Assembly: GCA_963575745.1 (NCBI GenBank)
Contig: CAUYUJ010000225.1
Coordinates: 372,001 to 436,000 of the forward strand
Length of the DNA: 64,000 nt
Source of the DNA: Prorocentrum cordatum
Lineage: Eukaryota
Direction of reading: 5' to 3'
The notes under the pieces were generated by a model. That model was not told where the DNA came from. It worked only from the letters and a program-made list of their open reading frames with translations, and did no database searches. The position numbers and the translations under genes are program-made. Below are positions 44,965-57,365 of this stretch, piece after piece. Every line of letters begins with the position of its first letter. Within the stretch, counting starts at the first letter, position 1.

Positions 44965-46195
44965 CGCGCCCTGGGGCTCTCTTGGGCCGTTTTTGGGGGC
45001 CCATTGGGGGGCTGTTTCGGGGCCTCTGTTGGTGTTTTTTCGGGTCTCTTGGAGGCCTCTTGGGGCTTCTTGGGCGCTTCTTGGAGCCTCTTGGGGTCTC
45101 CTGGGGGCCTCTTGGGCCAAATGGCTCGCATTTTCGGTTCCTCGTCCCCGTCTTGGGCGCCGACTTGGGGCGTTCTTGGGCGGTTTTGGCGCCTCGTGGG
45201 CCGTCTTGGCTCCCTCGTAGGCCATCTTGGAACGCTCTTGGGGGCATCCTCGACCGGCTTGGGTGCCTCTTGGGCCGTCTTGGACGCAGTGGAAGCCCTA
45301 AAGGCGAACACGCCAAACATATCAGTTCTCCGATCGGAAATCGGCGGGGGGGCCACTTGGGGCGTCTTCGGGGCCTCTTTTGGTGTTTTTGCAGGTCTTG
45401 GGGACCTCCTAGGGTTTCTTGGGCGCTTCTTGGAGCCTCTTGGGGTCTCCTGGGGGCCTCTTGGGCCAAATGGCTCGCATTTTCGGTTCCTCGTCCCCGT
45501 CTTGGGCGCCGACTTGGGGCGTTCTTGGGCGGTTTGGGCGCCTCGTGGGCCGTCTTGGCCCCCTCATGGGCCGTCTTGGAGCTCTCTTGGGGCCATCCTC
45601 GACCGGCTTGGGTGCCTCTTGGGCCGTCTTGGACGCAGTGGAAGCCCAAAAGGCGAACACGCCAAAAATAGCAGCTTTCCGATAGGAAATCGGCGATTTT
45701 TTCTGATTAGGGCTCTCTCGGGGTGCCACTTGAGGCGTCTTCGGGGCCTCTTTTTGTGAGTTTGCAGGTCTCTTGGGGCGCTCCATTGGGGGGCTGTTTC
45801 GGGGCCTCTATTGGTGCTTTTTCGGGTCTCTTGGAGGCCTCTTGGGGCTTCTTGGGCGCTTCTTGGAGCCTCTTGGGGTCTCCTGGGGGCCTCTTGGGCC
45901 AGATGGCTCGCATTTTCGGTTCCTCGTCCCCGTCTTGGGCGCCGACTTGGGGCGTTCTTGAGCGGTTTAGGCGCCTCGTGGGCCGTCTTGACCCCCTCGT
46001 GGGCCGTCTTGGAGCCCTCTTGGGGGCATCCTCGACCGGCTTGAGTGCCTCTTGGGCAGTCTTGGACGCAGTGGAAGCCCAAAAGGCGAACACGCCAAAA
46101 ATATTAGTTTTCCGATCGGAAATCGGCGATGTTTGCTTACTAGGGCTCTCTCGGGGTGCCTCTTGGGGCGTCTTCGGGGCCTCTTTTGGTGTTTT
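44965..46195. repeat. Three tandem ~350-430 bp copies of a tcttgg-rich segment, with a fourth at about 48165-48510
   Basis: ttcttgggcgcttcttggagcctcttg... at about 45067, 45416, 45849 and 48182. Confidence 0.85.
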
Positions 46196-46289
46196 TTCCC
46201 CATATCCTCAGATGGGGTTCTTGTTATTACTTGGACGCCTCCTACTCCTCCTCCTCCTCCTTCCTCCTCTTTTCTCTTCCCCTCCTGTC

Positions 46290-46490
46290 GGACATACTCA
46301 GACTTGCTCATACACAGACTTACTCATACTCAGACTTACTCATACTCAGACCTACTCATACTCAGACTTACTCACACTCAGACATACTCATATACAGACT
46401 TACTCATACACAGACTTACTCATACACAGTATTAGTCATACCCAGACGTACACATACACAGACTTACTCATACACAGACTTACTCATACT
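46290..46490. repeat. 16-bp minisatellite cagacttactcatac(t/a)
   Basis: Direct reading. Confidence 0.9.
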
Positions 46491-47250
46491 CAGCACCCCT
46501 AAGGGGAGCCGCCAGGGGTGGTTGCACGGGCTCGTTCGCGGCCATTTTGTGGGGATGTCTCAGGCGGTTTGCCTGTTTCTGTGCCCAACATCCTTCGCTT
46601 TCGGAGCAGATTTGGAGGATGTCTCGAGCGAGGCGCTCATTTCAGCACCCCTAAGGGGAGCCGCCAGGGGTGGTTGCACGGGCTCGTTCGCGGCCATTTT
46701 GTGGGGATGTCTCAGGCGGTTTGCCTGTTTCTGTGCCCAACATCCTTCGCTTTCGGAGCAGATTTGGAGGATGTCTCGAGCGAGGCGCTCATTTCAGCAC
46801 CCCTAAGGGGAGCCGCCAGGGGTGGTTGCACGGGCTCGTTCGCGGCCATTTTGTGGGGATGTCTCAGGCGGTTTGCCTGTTTCTGTGCCCAACATCCTTC
46901 GCTTTCGGAGCAGATTTGGAGGATGTCTCGAGCGAGGCGCTCATTTCAGCACCCCTAAGGGGAGCCGCCAGGGGTGGTTGCACGGGCTCGTTCGCGGCCA
47001 TTTTGTGGGGATGTCTCAGGCGGTTTGCCTGTTTCTGTGCCCAACATCCTTCGCTTTCGGAGCAGATTTGGAGGATGTCTCGAGCGAGGCGCTCATTTCA
47101 GCACCCCTAAGGGGAGCCGCCAGGGGTGGTTGCACGGGCTCGTTCGCGGCCATTTTGTGGGGATGTCTCAGGCGGTTTGCCTGTTTCTGTGCCCAACATC
47201 CTTCGCTTTCGGAGCAGATTTGGAGGATGTCTCGAGCGAGGCGCTCATTT
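46491..47250. repeat. 152-bp tandem repeat, 5 apparently identical copies
   Basis: Identical ORFs start at 46518, 46670, 46822, 46974 and 47126. Confidence 0.95.
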
Positions 47251-48942
47251 TCACCCCCCAGGTGGGCCAGATTTTGAGGATGTCTCGATCGGTTTGCTAG
47301 TTTTGGTGGCCAGGCTCGTGGGCGCAGATTCTTCTCAGGATGCCACAGGAGGCTCCAACAGGCTCCAGGAGGCTCCAGGAGACCACATGAGGTCCCAGGA
47401 GGCATCAGGAGGCCACAGAAAGACTCAAGAGGCCACAGGATGTCCCAAGAGGCTCCAGGAGGCCCCAGGAAGCTCCAGAAGGCCTCAGGAAACCACAGGA
47501 GACCCCAGGAGACAACAGGAAGCGCCAGGAGGCCTCGGAAGGCAACAGGAGGCCCCGAGAGGCCCCAGGAGCAGGAGGCCTCAGAAGGCAACAGGAGTGG
47601 CTCCAATCCCATGTGTTTTACGTATGCTCCTATCGATTGGGCCTCACCTGGAGCACGATTCTTTGATGTTCTACGTATGTTTCTATAGATGGTCCTTCTC
47701 CTGTGTACACAATCCTAAATGTTTTACTCATGTTCCTATGTATTGGGCCTCTCCTGGGGCACGAGTCCTTGGTGTTTTACGCGTGTTCCTATAGATTGCC
47801 CTTCTCCTGTGGCTCTAATCCGCAATGTTTTATGTACGTCTGTTGCTATAGATTGCGCCTCCCCTGGGGCACGAAACCTTCCTAGGAGGTCCCAGGAGGT
47901 CCCAAGAGGCTCCTGGAGACCCCAGGAAGCCCCAGTAGGTTTCAGGAGGCCCCAGGAGGCCCCAGGCTCATGCACAGAGACGCGCTCGTACTACTGAGGC
48001 TCATTCACACTCCAATTCATTCGCAGTTAGATTGATGTCCAGACCGTCACAACTGAAGCCCGTTAATATTCGAAAGCTCTTGCGCCTAGACATTCACGGC
48101 GGACAGGTCCATGCGAGTAGATGCACATATGGGGAGCTCCACGCAGTGAATAATTCAAGTCTCCTGGGGACCTCCTAGGGCTTCTTGGGCGCTTCTTGGA
48201 GCCTCTTGAGGTCTCCTGGAGGTCTCTGGGGCCAAAAGGCGCGAATTTCCGGTTCCTCGTCCCCGTCTTGGGCGCCGACTTGGGGCGTTCTTGGGCGGTT
48301 TGGGCGTCTCGTGGGCCGTCTTGGCCCCCTCGTGGGCCGTCTTGGAGCTCTCTTGGGGGCATCCTCGACCGGCTTGAGTGCCTCTTGGGCAGTCTTGGAC
48401 GCAGTGGAAGCCCAAAAGGCGAACACGCCAAAAATATCAGTTTTCCTGTCGGAAATTGGCGATGTTTGCTTATTGGGGCTCTCTCGGGATGCCTCTTGGG
48501 GCGTCTTCGGGGCCTTCGGGGGCCTTCTTGGCGTCATGGGAGTCGTCTTGAAAGGCATCCGGAGCCATCGGAGCGTGTTTTCGAGCGTTCCGAAGCCACC
48601 TTCGGGCGATCTTGGACGGCCCCCGGCGCTCCGGCAAGGCTCCCGGCGGACCGGGCCCCACATTTGTGGTCGGGGTCCCGGCCCCCGGCCCCAGGGCCTG
48701 GTCCCCCGTTAGATGTATATATAGAGAGAGAGAGAGAGAGGGAGAGAGAGAGAGAGAGAGGGAGAGAGAGAGCGGGAGAGACCGCAGTCCTCGGGAAACG
48801 CCGCAAAGTATAGGATACGTTAGCCAGCGTGGGCCCCCACCCGTGATCTTGACACCATGTGTGCCGCGCAGTCTATGCGCTGCAAACAACGTGGTGCAGT
48901 CTAGGTGGTGCAATTGATTTCTGTTCGCAGTGAGTTGTCCAC

Positions 48943-49272
48943 TCCACTGCTCGCGCAAACATCCCACCCACCCACCCGCAACTTGGTTTGCAGAATCTCT
49001 TAAGACCGTGACGGTGGGTACCACATGGCACTTGGCAACAACAGCGACGCCGACGACGACAACGACGATGACGACGCCGCCGACAACGACTACGACGACA
49101 CCGACGACGTCTCCAACGACTTTGACGACGCCGACAACGACGACGACAACGACGACACCGACGACGACGACGACGACGACGACGACACCGACGCCGACGA
49201 CGACGACGACGACGATGACGACGCCGACGACGACGATAACGACGACACCGACGACGACGACGTCAACGACGC

Positions 49273-49305
<33 letters not shown>

Positions 49306-51689
49306 CAGCGACGACGACGACGACGTCGACGACGAAGACGACAACGACGCCGACGCCGACGACGACGACGAAGACGACGACGACGTCACCAACCAAGACA
49401 ACGAGGAAGGAGGGAGGACGACGACGGCGACAACGACGACAACGACGAGGGAGGAGGGAGGACGGCGACGACGCGAACGACGAAGAAGGAGGAAGGACGG
49501 CGACGCCGACGACGACAACGACGAGGGAGGAGGGAAGACGACGACGACGACAACGACGACGACGACGACGACGCGACGAAATAGGAGGGACGACGACGAG
49601 ACGCCGACGACGGACGACGACGACGACGAGGGAGGAGGAGGAAGGACGACCACGGCGACAACGACGACGGAAACGACCACGACGCCAAAGAGGACGACGA
49701 CGACGAACACGAGGAAAGACAGAGGACGACGTAGGCGACGACGACGACGAAAACGACGCGGGAGGAGGGAGGACGGCGACGACGACGACGACGACGACGC
49801 AAGAGCGCGCGCACGCTTTTGTTGAAAATCCGTGTTGCGGAACCTTGGGTTTTTGTAGGTTTTTTGGATACACGATTTTGAAATCCTTCCGGAACCGATG
49901 GGTTTTGAAGGTTTTCGGCGTACGCGCGCGACGACGCGCGCGTCTGCATTTCGTCCCAGTTTTTGCAAGGGATTCTCGCGACGGCACACGCGCAAGGGCG
50001 TTCGACAGATTTCGACATGAGCGCGCGCGAAGCCCGTTTGGTAGCATGTTGTGAAAATCTTGAAAAACCTATGGTGTTCTTAAGATTTCGCAAGAGCTTT
50101 CGCGGAAGCTTTTTTAGCAACTCTGTGTTGCGAAACCCTGTGTTTTTGTATGTTTTTTGGAAACTCGATTGCGAAATCCTTCCCGCACCGAAGGTTTTTG
50201 AAGGATTTCGGCATGCACGCGCGACGACGCGCGCGTGTGCACTCCGTCTCATTTTTTGCAATATATATATATATATATATAAAAGTCCCTGAACCCACCA
50301 TGAACCCGGCTTTCCTCGTGGAAGTTCCAAGAGGAAAACAGGGTCGGTGGGTCGTCGTGCTGGAGTGCGCGCGCGTGTACAAGAGGAAGATGAGAAAGAG
50401 TCAAAGAGGTAGAGACACTCGCAAGTCAAACCGTGAGAGAGTAGGAGATGTATGTCAGCTTGGGGAGGGAGCCTGTAGAGTATCGGGATGTGTGTTGAGG
50501 ACGGGTGGAGTGGAGTAGACGGAAGGTGTGGAGTGGACGGGGGGGTGTGGAGTAGAATGGGGTTTTCAAGTTCAGCTTGGGGAGGGAGCCTGTTGAGTAT
50601 CGGGAGGTGTGTTGGAGACGGGTGGAGCGGAGCAGACGGAAGGTGTGGAGTGGACGGAGGGTGTGGAGTAGAATGGGGTTTTCAAGTTCAGCTTGGGGAG
50701 GGAGCCTGTAGAGTATCGGGAGGTGTGTTGAGGACGGGTGGAGTGGAGTAGACGGAAGGTGTGGAGTGGACGGGGGTTGTGGAGTAGAATGGGGTTTTCA
50801 AGTTCAGCTTGGGGAGGGAGCCTGTTGAGTATCGGGATGTGTGTTGGAGACGGGTGGAGTGGAGCAGACGGAAGGTGTGGAGTGGACGGAGGGTGTGGAG
50901 TAGAATGGAGATTTCAAGTTCAGCTTGGGGAGGGAGCCTGTTTAGTATCGGGAGGTGTGTTGGAGACGGGTGGAGTGGAGTAGACCGAAGGTGTGGAGTG
51001 GACGGAGGCTGTGGAGTAGAATGGGGTTTTCAAGTTCAGCTTGGGGAGGGAGCCTGTTTAGTACCGGGAGGTGTGTTGGAGACGGGTGGAGTGGAGTCGA
51101 CGGAAGGTGTGGAGTGGACGGAGGGTGTGGAGTAGCATGGGATTTTCAAGTTCAGCTTGGGGAGGAAGCCTGTTTAGTATCGGAAGATGTGTTGGAGACG
51201 GGTGGAGTGGAGCAGACGGAAGGTGTGGAGTGGACGGAGGCTGTGGAGTAGAATGGGGTTTTCAAGTTCAGCTTGGGGAGGGAGCCTGTTTAGTATCGGG
51301 AGGTGTGTTGGAGACGGGTGGAGTGGAGTAGACGGAAGGTGTGGAGTGAACGGAGGGTGTGGAGTAGCATGGGGTTTTCAAGTTTAGCTTGGGGAGGGAG
51401 CCTGTTTAGTATCGGAAGGTGTGTTGGAGACGGGTGGAGTGGAGTCGACGGAAGGTGTGGAGTGGACGGAGGGTGTGGAGTAGCATGGGGTTTTCAAGTT
51501 TAGCTTAGGGAGGGAGCCTGTTTAGTATCGGAAGGTGTGTTGGAGACGGGTGGAGTGGAGTAGACGGAAGGTGTGGAGTGGACGGAGGGTGTGGAGTAGC
51601 ATGGGATTTTCAAGTTCAGCGTGGGGAGGGAGCCTGTTGAGTATCGGGAGGTGTGTCGGAGACGGGTCGAGTGGAGTAGATCAGTACCC

Positions 51690-51742
<53 letters not shown>

Positions 51743-52091
51743 CATGATAAGGATGATGAGTACCCAAGATGATGATAGTGATGATGATGATTATGAAGTA
51801 CACAAGATGATGATGAGGTGATGGTGATGACGAGTACACATGATGGTGATGATGGTGATGACGTGGGAACGGCTGGGGGGGGGGCTTCTGGGGAGGACCC
51901 GCCGGGGCTCTCCGAAAATGCAGGGAAGCTATAGTAATTCATATAGGTTTTGAGGTATGAAGGGTTCATGGTGGGTTCAGCGGGCTATATATATATATAT
52001 ATATATATGTGAAATTATACTCTCCCAGGGGGAAGCGTTAAGTCCGGGGGAGGGGGGGGGTAGAGTCTATTCTCTTTTTAGAAAGGAGAAT
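48943..52091 (+). mobile_element. (GAC)n-core interspersed element, copy 1, interrupted by the 50281-51985 insertion
   Basis: Left end ccactgctcgcgcaaacatcccacccacccacccgcaacttggtttgca and right end ggggtagagtctatt...gaaaggagaat shared with 54820-56089. Confidence 0.75.
50281..51985. mobile_element. Inverted-repeat element in (TA)n carrying a 116-bp tandem array (about 10.5 copies, 50455-51680)
   Basis: tgaacccaccatgaaccc (50290-50307) and gggttcatggtgggttca (51962-51979) form a perfect 18-bp inverted pair; (TA)n on both flanks; absent from the sister element at 54820. Confidence 0.8.
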
Positions 52092-52523
52092 CCATGTAGT
52101 GCAATCCATTTGTCGCGAAACAGTGCCAAATGACAGAAACAACGCAAAGCAACGTGACGCGATGCAATGCAAAGCAAAGCAATGCAAAGCCATGCGAAGC
52201 AACGGAACGCACAGCAAACAATGCAAAGCAGTGCAAAGCCATGCAGAGCGATGCCATGCTGTGCAAGGCACTGCAGGCCAAAGCAGTGCAGTGCACAGCC
52301 ATGCAGAGCCGTGCGAGGCAATGCAAACCAATGCATGGTAAAGCAGTGCGAAGCAGTGCGAAGCAGTGCAAAGCAGTGCAAGCCAGTGCAAAGCCATGCG
52401 AGCCTCGCACACTCGAAGAACTGACCAAGGACGGCAACGCCGGGCGACGGCGGGCGGCCAGAGACCGGCCGGACCGACAACCAGGTCTGGTGCCTGGGGA
52501 ACGCTCGGCATGGTGTTCTCTGA

Positions 52524-52673
52524 AGGGGCCCCAGGACACACAAATAAATACACACAAATAAAAATCTTCACCATATTTTCTCATATTTTCTGGGTTTCTG
52601 TCTTCACTTCCCATATTTTCCCATATTTTCTGGGAATCGACGAATAATTGTGTCTGTGTGTTTCTTCCCCTCC
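52524..52673 (+). mobile_element. MITE copy 4, TGA duplication
   Basis: Same family as 11798-11954. Confidence 0.8.
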
Positions 52674-53702
52674 TGAGGTATGGTGTTCTCGAGGGAAGCG
52701 AAGAGTCAAGCCCAAGCAGCGCGGGCCTGGGCTCGGGCGCCGGGAAGAGGCCAGAGGATATACCAACCGCCAGCCACATGCAGAGAGCAGGCCTATATGA
52801 AGAGCAGGGGGCGAGGGAGAGGATTCACACGCTCACCGCCGGTCTGCCACTCAGCCCAGGGTGCCCTGGAGCAGTTCGTGAAGCCGCCTCCGCGGTACAG
52901 TGGGGGCTCGGCCAGAAGAAACCTCCGCAAGAAACCCAACCCTGAAATCCGCGACTTATTCAGTGAAAAACCGAATTCGTCGATCGAGAATCGTCAACAT
53001 CTTATTAGGGGCACATCGAAATCCAAGAAACCCAGGTCACACTGGCAAAGTCCAATTGGTTTCTTGGCACGCGCCCCCACCGTATAGCACCCCCGTCATC
53101 ACCCGCTCGAAAGCTTGCAACACACACACACACGGGGAGGAGGAGAACGCCGCTCTCGAAACGGGGCTCCCTCGCCGGAGCGCTGCGCACCGTCGTCGTG
53201 CAGATTTGCAGCAACTGTGCGGAGGGAGGGAGGGGGGCGTCTCCAAACCAGAGCCCTCGCCCGAGCGTCGCCACATCTGTCTTAAGAGTCTGTGGCAGCT
53301 ACAGGGGTGGACGGGACCCTCGCTCCAGCGTCGCGCACCTTCGACATGAAAACTTGCCAGATCTGCAAGACGGCTCCCGATTGAGACTTCCCCCGAATTA
53401 CCGATCCGAAGGTAGAACACATGCAATAGATGCACGGATGGAGGGCGATTGGTTTTCAAAACCAGGCTCTCACATGAGACTTCTTCGACTTGGGAGACCC
53501 GAAATGCAAACATATGCAAACTTGCGCAACGATTGCACAGATAGGAGGACGGTTCCTGTTTACACGGGGCTCCCGCTAGACGTGCCGTTGAGCTTTACGG
53601 CCCTACTTGCTCGAAGTCACGAACACGTCGCTAGAAGAGTGCAGGACAGTTCTGTTCTCAAAACGAGGATCTCGCCTTCATGGCAAGCCCATGGGGTGAT
53701 CG

Positions 53703-54770
53703 TTTTTCCCAACCATCCTGTGGAGTTGGGTCCTCGTTTTGAAGAGACGGTCCCCGCGTTCACTCCTCCTCCTCCTCCTCTTCCCGCTGCCCCCTCCCTC
53801 CTCCCTCCTCCCAACATCACCACCCATGTCGGCACACCCCTCACACGTTTCATGGCCCCACAGGGAGGAAGCTCCACCTTAGGCTCCATTGGAGGTGTTC
53901 GCATGCGTCCCCACCACCCATTTCGGCACAGCCCTCACACGTTTCGTGGCCCCATAGGGAGCTCCACCGAAGGCTCCAATGGCGGTGTCCGCATGCGTTC
54001 CCGCCACCCATTTCGGCACAGCCCTTACACGCTTCGTGGCCCCATAGGGAGCTCCACCGAAGGCTCCAGTGGCGGTGTTCGCATGCGTCCCCGCCACAAA
54101 TTTCGGCACACCCCTCACACGTTCTCACACGTTTCGTGGCCCCATTGGGAGCTCCACCAACGGCTTCAGTGGCGGTGTTCGCATGCCTCCCCGCCACCCA
54201 TTTCGGCACAGCCCTCACATGCTCCGTGGCCCCATAGGGAGCTCCACCGAAGGCTTCAGTGGCGGTGTTCGCATGCCTCCCCGCCACAAATTTCGGCACA
54301 CCCCTTACACGCTCCGTGGCCCCATAGGGAGCTCCACCGAAGGCTTCAGTGGCGGTGTTCGCATGCGTCCCTGCCACTGAATCCAGCACACCTCTCACAC
54401 GTTCCGTGGCCCCAAAGGGAGCTCCACCGAAGGCGCCATAACGGTGTTCGCATGCGCCCCCGACACCAATTGGGGCACACCTCGCACACGCCTCGTGGCC
54501 CCATAGGGAGCTCCACCGAAGGCCCCATAGCGGTGTTCGCATGCGTCCCCGCCACCCATGTCGGCACACCCCTCGCACGCCTCGTGGCCCCACATAGGGA
54601 GCTCCACCAAAGGCCCCAGTGGCGGTGGTCGCATGCGTCCCCGCCACTGATGTCGGCACGCCCCTCACACGCTTCGTGGCCCCATAGGGAGTTCCACCGA
54701 AGACCCCAGTGGCGGTATCCGCATGCGTTCCCCGCCACTGAATTCAGCACACCCATCACACGCTTCGTGG
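53703..54770 (+). mobile_element. HINE-like element C: T-run, cccaac...gttggg hairpin, (CCT)n, then a 90-bp tandem array
   Basis: Head resembles the reverse complement of the element A/B termini; array period 90; far end not identified. Confidence 0.55.
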
Positions 54771-54819
54771 TACAAACTACGTGGTGCAACCCACTCTGCT
54801 GAACTTGAAGTCGTCATCT

Positions 54820-56089
54820 CCACTGCTCGCGCAAACATCCCACCCACCCACCCGCAACTTGGTTTGCAAAACCTCTTCAGACCGACTACGACGACACCGA
54901 CGACAACGACGACGACGACACCGACGACGTCTCCGACGACTTCGACGACGGCACCGACGCCGACGCCGACGACGACGAAGACGACGACGACGCCAACGAA
55001 GACGACGACGATGGAGGAGGAATAACGACGACGGCGACAACGACGACAACGACGACAACGACGAGGGAGGAGGGAGGACGGCGACGACGCGAACGACGAA
55101 GAAGGAGGAAGGACGGCGACGCCGACGACGACAACGATGAGGGAGGAGGGAAGACGACGACGACAGCGACGACGACGACGACGGCGACGAAATAGGAGGG
55201 ACGACGACAAGACGCCGACGACGGACGACGACGACGACGAGGGAGGAGGAGGAAGGACGACCACGGCGACAGCGACGACGGAAACGACCACGACGCCAAA
55301 GAGGACGACGACGACGAACACGAGGAAAGACAGAGGACGACGTAGGCGACGACGACGACGACGCGGGAGGAGGGAGGACGGCGACGACGACGACGACGAC
55401 GACGCAAGAGCGCGCGCGCACGCTTTTGTTGAAAATGCGTGTTGCGAAACCTTGGGCTTTTGTAGGTTTTTTTGACACACGATTTTGAAATCCTTCCGAA
55501 ACCGATAAGTTTTGAAGGCTTTCGCCATACGCGCGCGACGACGCGCGCGTCTGCACTTCGTCCCATTTTTTGCAGAGGATTCTCGCGACGGCACACGCGC
55601 AAGGGCGTTCGACAGATTTCGGCATGAGCGCGCACGAAGCCCGTTTAATAGGATTTTGTGCAAATCTTGAAAAACCGATGGTTTTCGTAAGATTTCGCAA
55701 GAGCTCGCGCGGAATTTTTTTTTTTGCAAATCCGTGTTGCGAAACCCTGTGTTTCTGTATGTTTTTTGGGAAACTCGACTGCGAAATCCTTCCGGCACCG
55801 AAGGTTTTTGAAGGATTTCGGCATGGGCGCGCGACGACGCGCGCGTGTGCACTTCGTCACATTTTTTGCAGGGGATTCGTGAAACAGTGCTATGTTAGAA
55901 CAAAAAATGTCACCGCATAGTGTTTGTGTCACAAGGGAACCTCAGGGGGGGAACCCGGTTTGGCTGGGATGATATGATTTCATATTTAGGATGGACGAGT
56001 GTGCAGAATATCTATGAAGTCGTACTATCCCAGGGGGAGCTGATAAGCCCGGGGGGGTAGAGTCTATTTTCTTTTCAGAAAGGAGAATA
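54820..56089 (+). mobile_element. (GAC)n-core element, copy 2, uninterrupted
   Basis: Colinear with 48943-50260 plus 52010-52091. Confidence 0.75.
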
Positions 56090-56344
56090 TATGTGATGTA
56101 TGCTATGTGGTGCTCTCTATGTGGTGCGCACTCTAAGTGGTGCAATATTTGGATAGCTGTGGGGAAAGCTGTGTGCTGCAATCTATGTGGGGCTAACGTT
56201 CTCATCTATGTGGTGTGAGCTATGTGGTGCAAGCTATCTGGTGCAATCTATTTGGTCCGAACTATGGGGTAACTAGGTAGAACAATTCGCCGGCCCAACG
56301 GGCCAGAGGCGTGCTAAGATCTCGGGCGACTGCTGAGCAATACA

Positions 56345-57020
56345 TCTAACAATCTATTTCTAGTTCGAGCGCGCGGGGCGGCCCCTGGGGGTCCCCCGGC
56401 GAGAAGTACCCCGCGCGATCCCGGGGACACTCGGTGCAAAGATGGTTCTCCTCCTGTTTGCGGCCTTTCAGCCTCCAAGAGCGTTCCAGGGGGAACCCGA
56501 AGAGGCCCTCAAGATGGTCCAACAGGGCTCCAGTTCGCCGACCGATCGGTCCAAAACACCCAAGATGGCTTCCAGACGGCCGCAGACGCTTCCAAGACGC
56601 CCGACAAAGCTTCCAAGAGGCGTCTCCTGAGGGCCCCAAACAACAAAACAAATTGATGTTCCCTTTGGGTTTTTAGCGATTCTGGCGGTTTTACCTTTTC
56701 GGCTTCCCGACGCTCCAAGACGGCCCAAGACGCCCCCAAGATCGCCCCAAGACGGCCCAAAAGGCCCCCAAGAGGACCCCAAGACGACCCAAAAAGGCCC
56801 AAAGACGGCCCAAGAGGCCTCCAAGACGGCCAAAGATGGCCCCAGGACGACCCCAAGAGGGAACCCAGACGGGGGACCCGAACGGACATTTCAAGCCCTC
56901 GGCCCCAAAAAGAACCCAAGGATGCCCCAATGGGGCCCCCAAGAGGGCCCCGAGAGGCCGCCGAGGGGCCCCCATGAAACCCCAAGAGACCCCGAAGAAG
57001 GCTCCCAAGAGACTCCCGAG
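56345..57020 (+). mobile_element. ccaagacggccc-rich Helitron-like element starting A|TCTAAC
   Basis: The same ACA|TCTAAC start occurs on the minus strand at 48713; same internal repeat family. Confidence 0.5.
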
Positions 57021-57365
57021 ACGCTAGCAACAGTCCCCAAAACTGTCCCCCAGCAGTTCCGGGGAGCGTTCCGAAGAGACCACAAGAAGCATTCCTGAGG
57101 ACTGCCCCGCAACCTGGCCATGTCGGTGAACAGTAGAGGCCAGAACCCCCAAGACAAGCTCCAAAGCAACCGCTTCACCTCCATGTGCGCTGTCGCAACG
57201 CCTCCACGAGGAAAAAAACAAGCAGCGCCGCATGGGCCACGAATGCGCTGGCAAGCGCCAGCGATGGCATAATACGGGCCGGCGGAATCAGCGAAACGAT
57301 CCAATATATGCGGTGCAATACATGTGATGTGAATGACCACGCCGCACTGCGCGTGACCACCTCCC

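Noticed and set aside
52410..52495. Possible helicase motif-VI exon (TWLS...SGR...PGVAV) next to MITE copy 4
   Set aside because: Lacks QRxGRxGR and the spacing is wrong; probably chance.
57100..57200. Protein-like minus-strand patch HMEVKRLLWSLSWGFWPLLFTDMARL
   Set aside because: No recognisable family and no supported exon boundaries.
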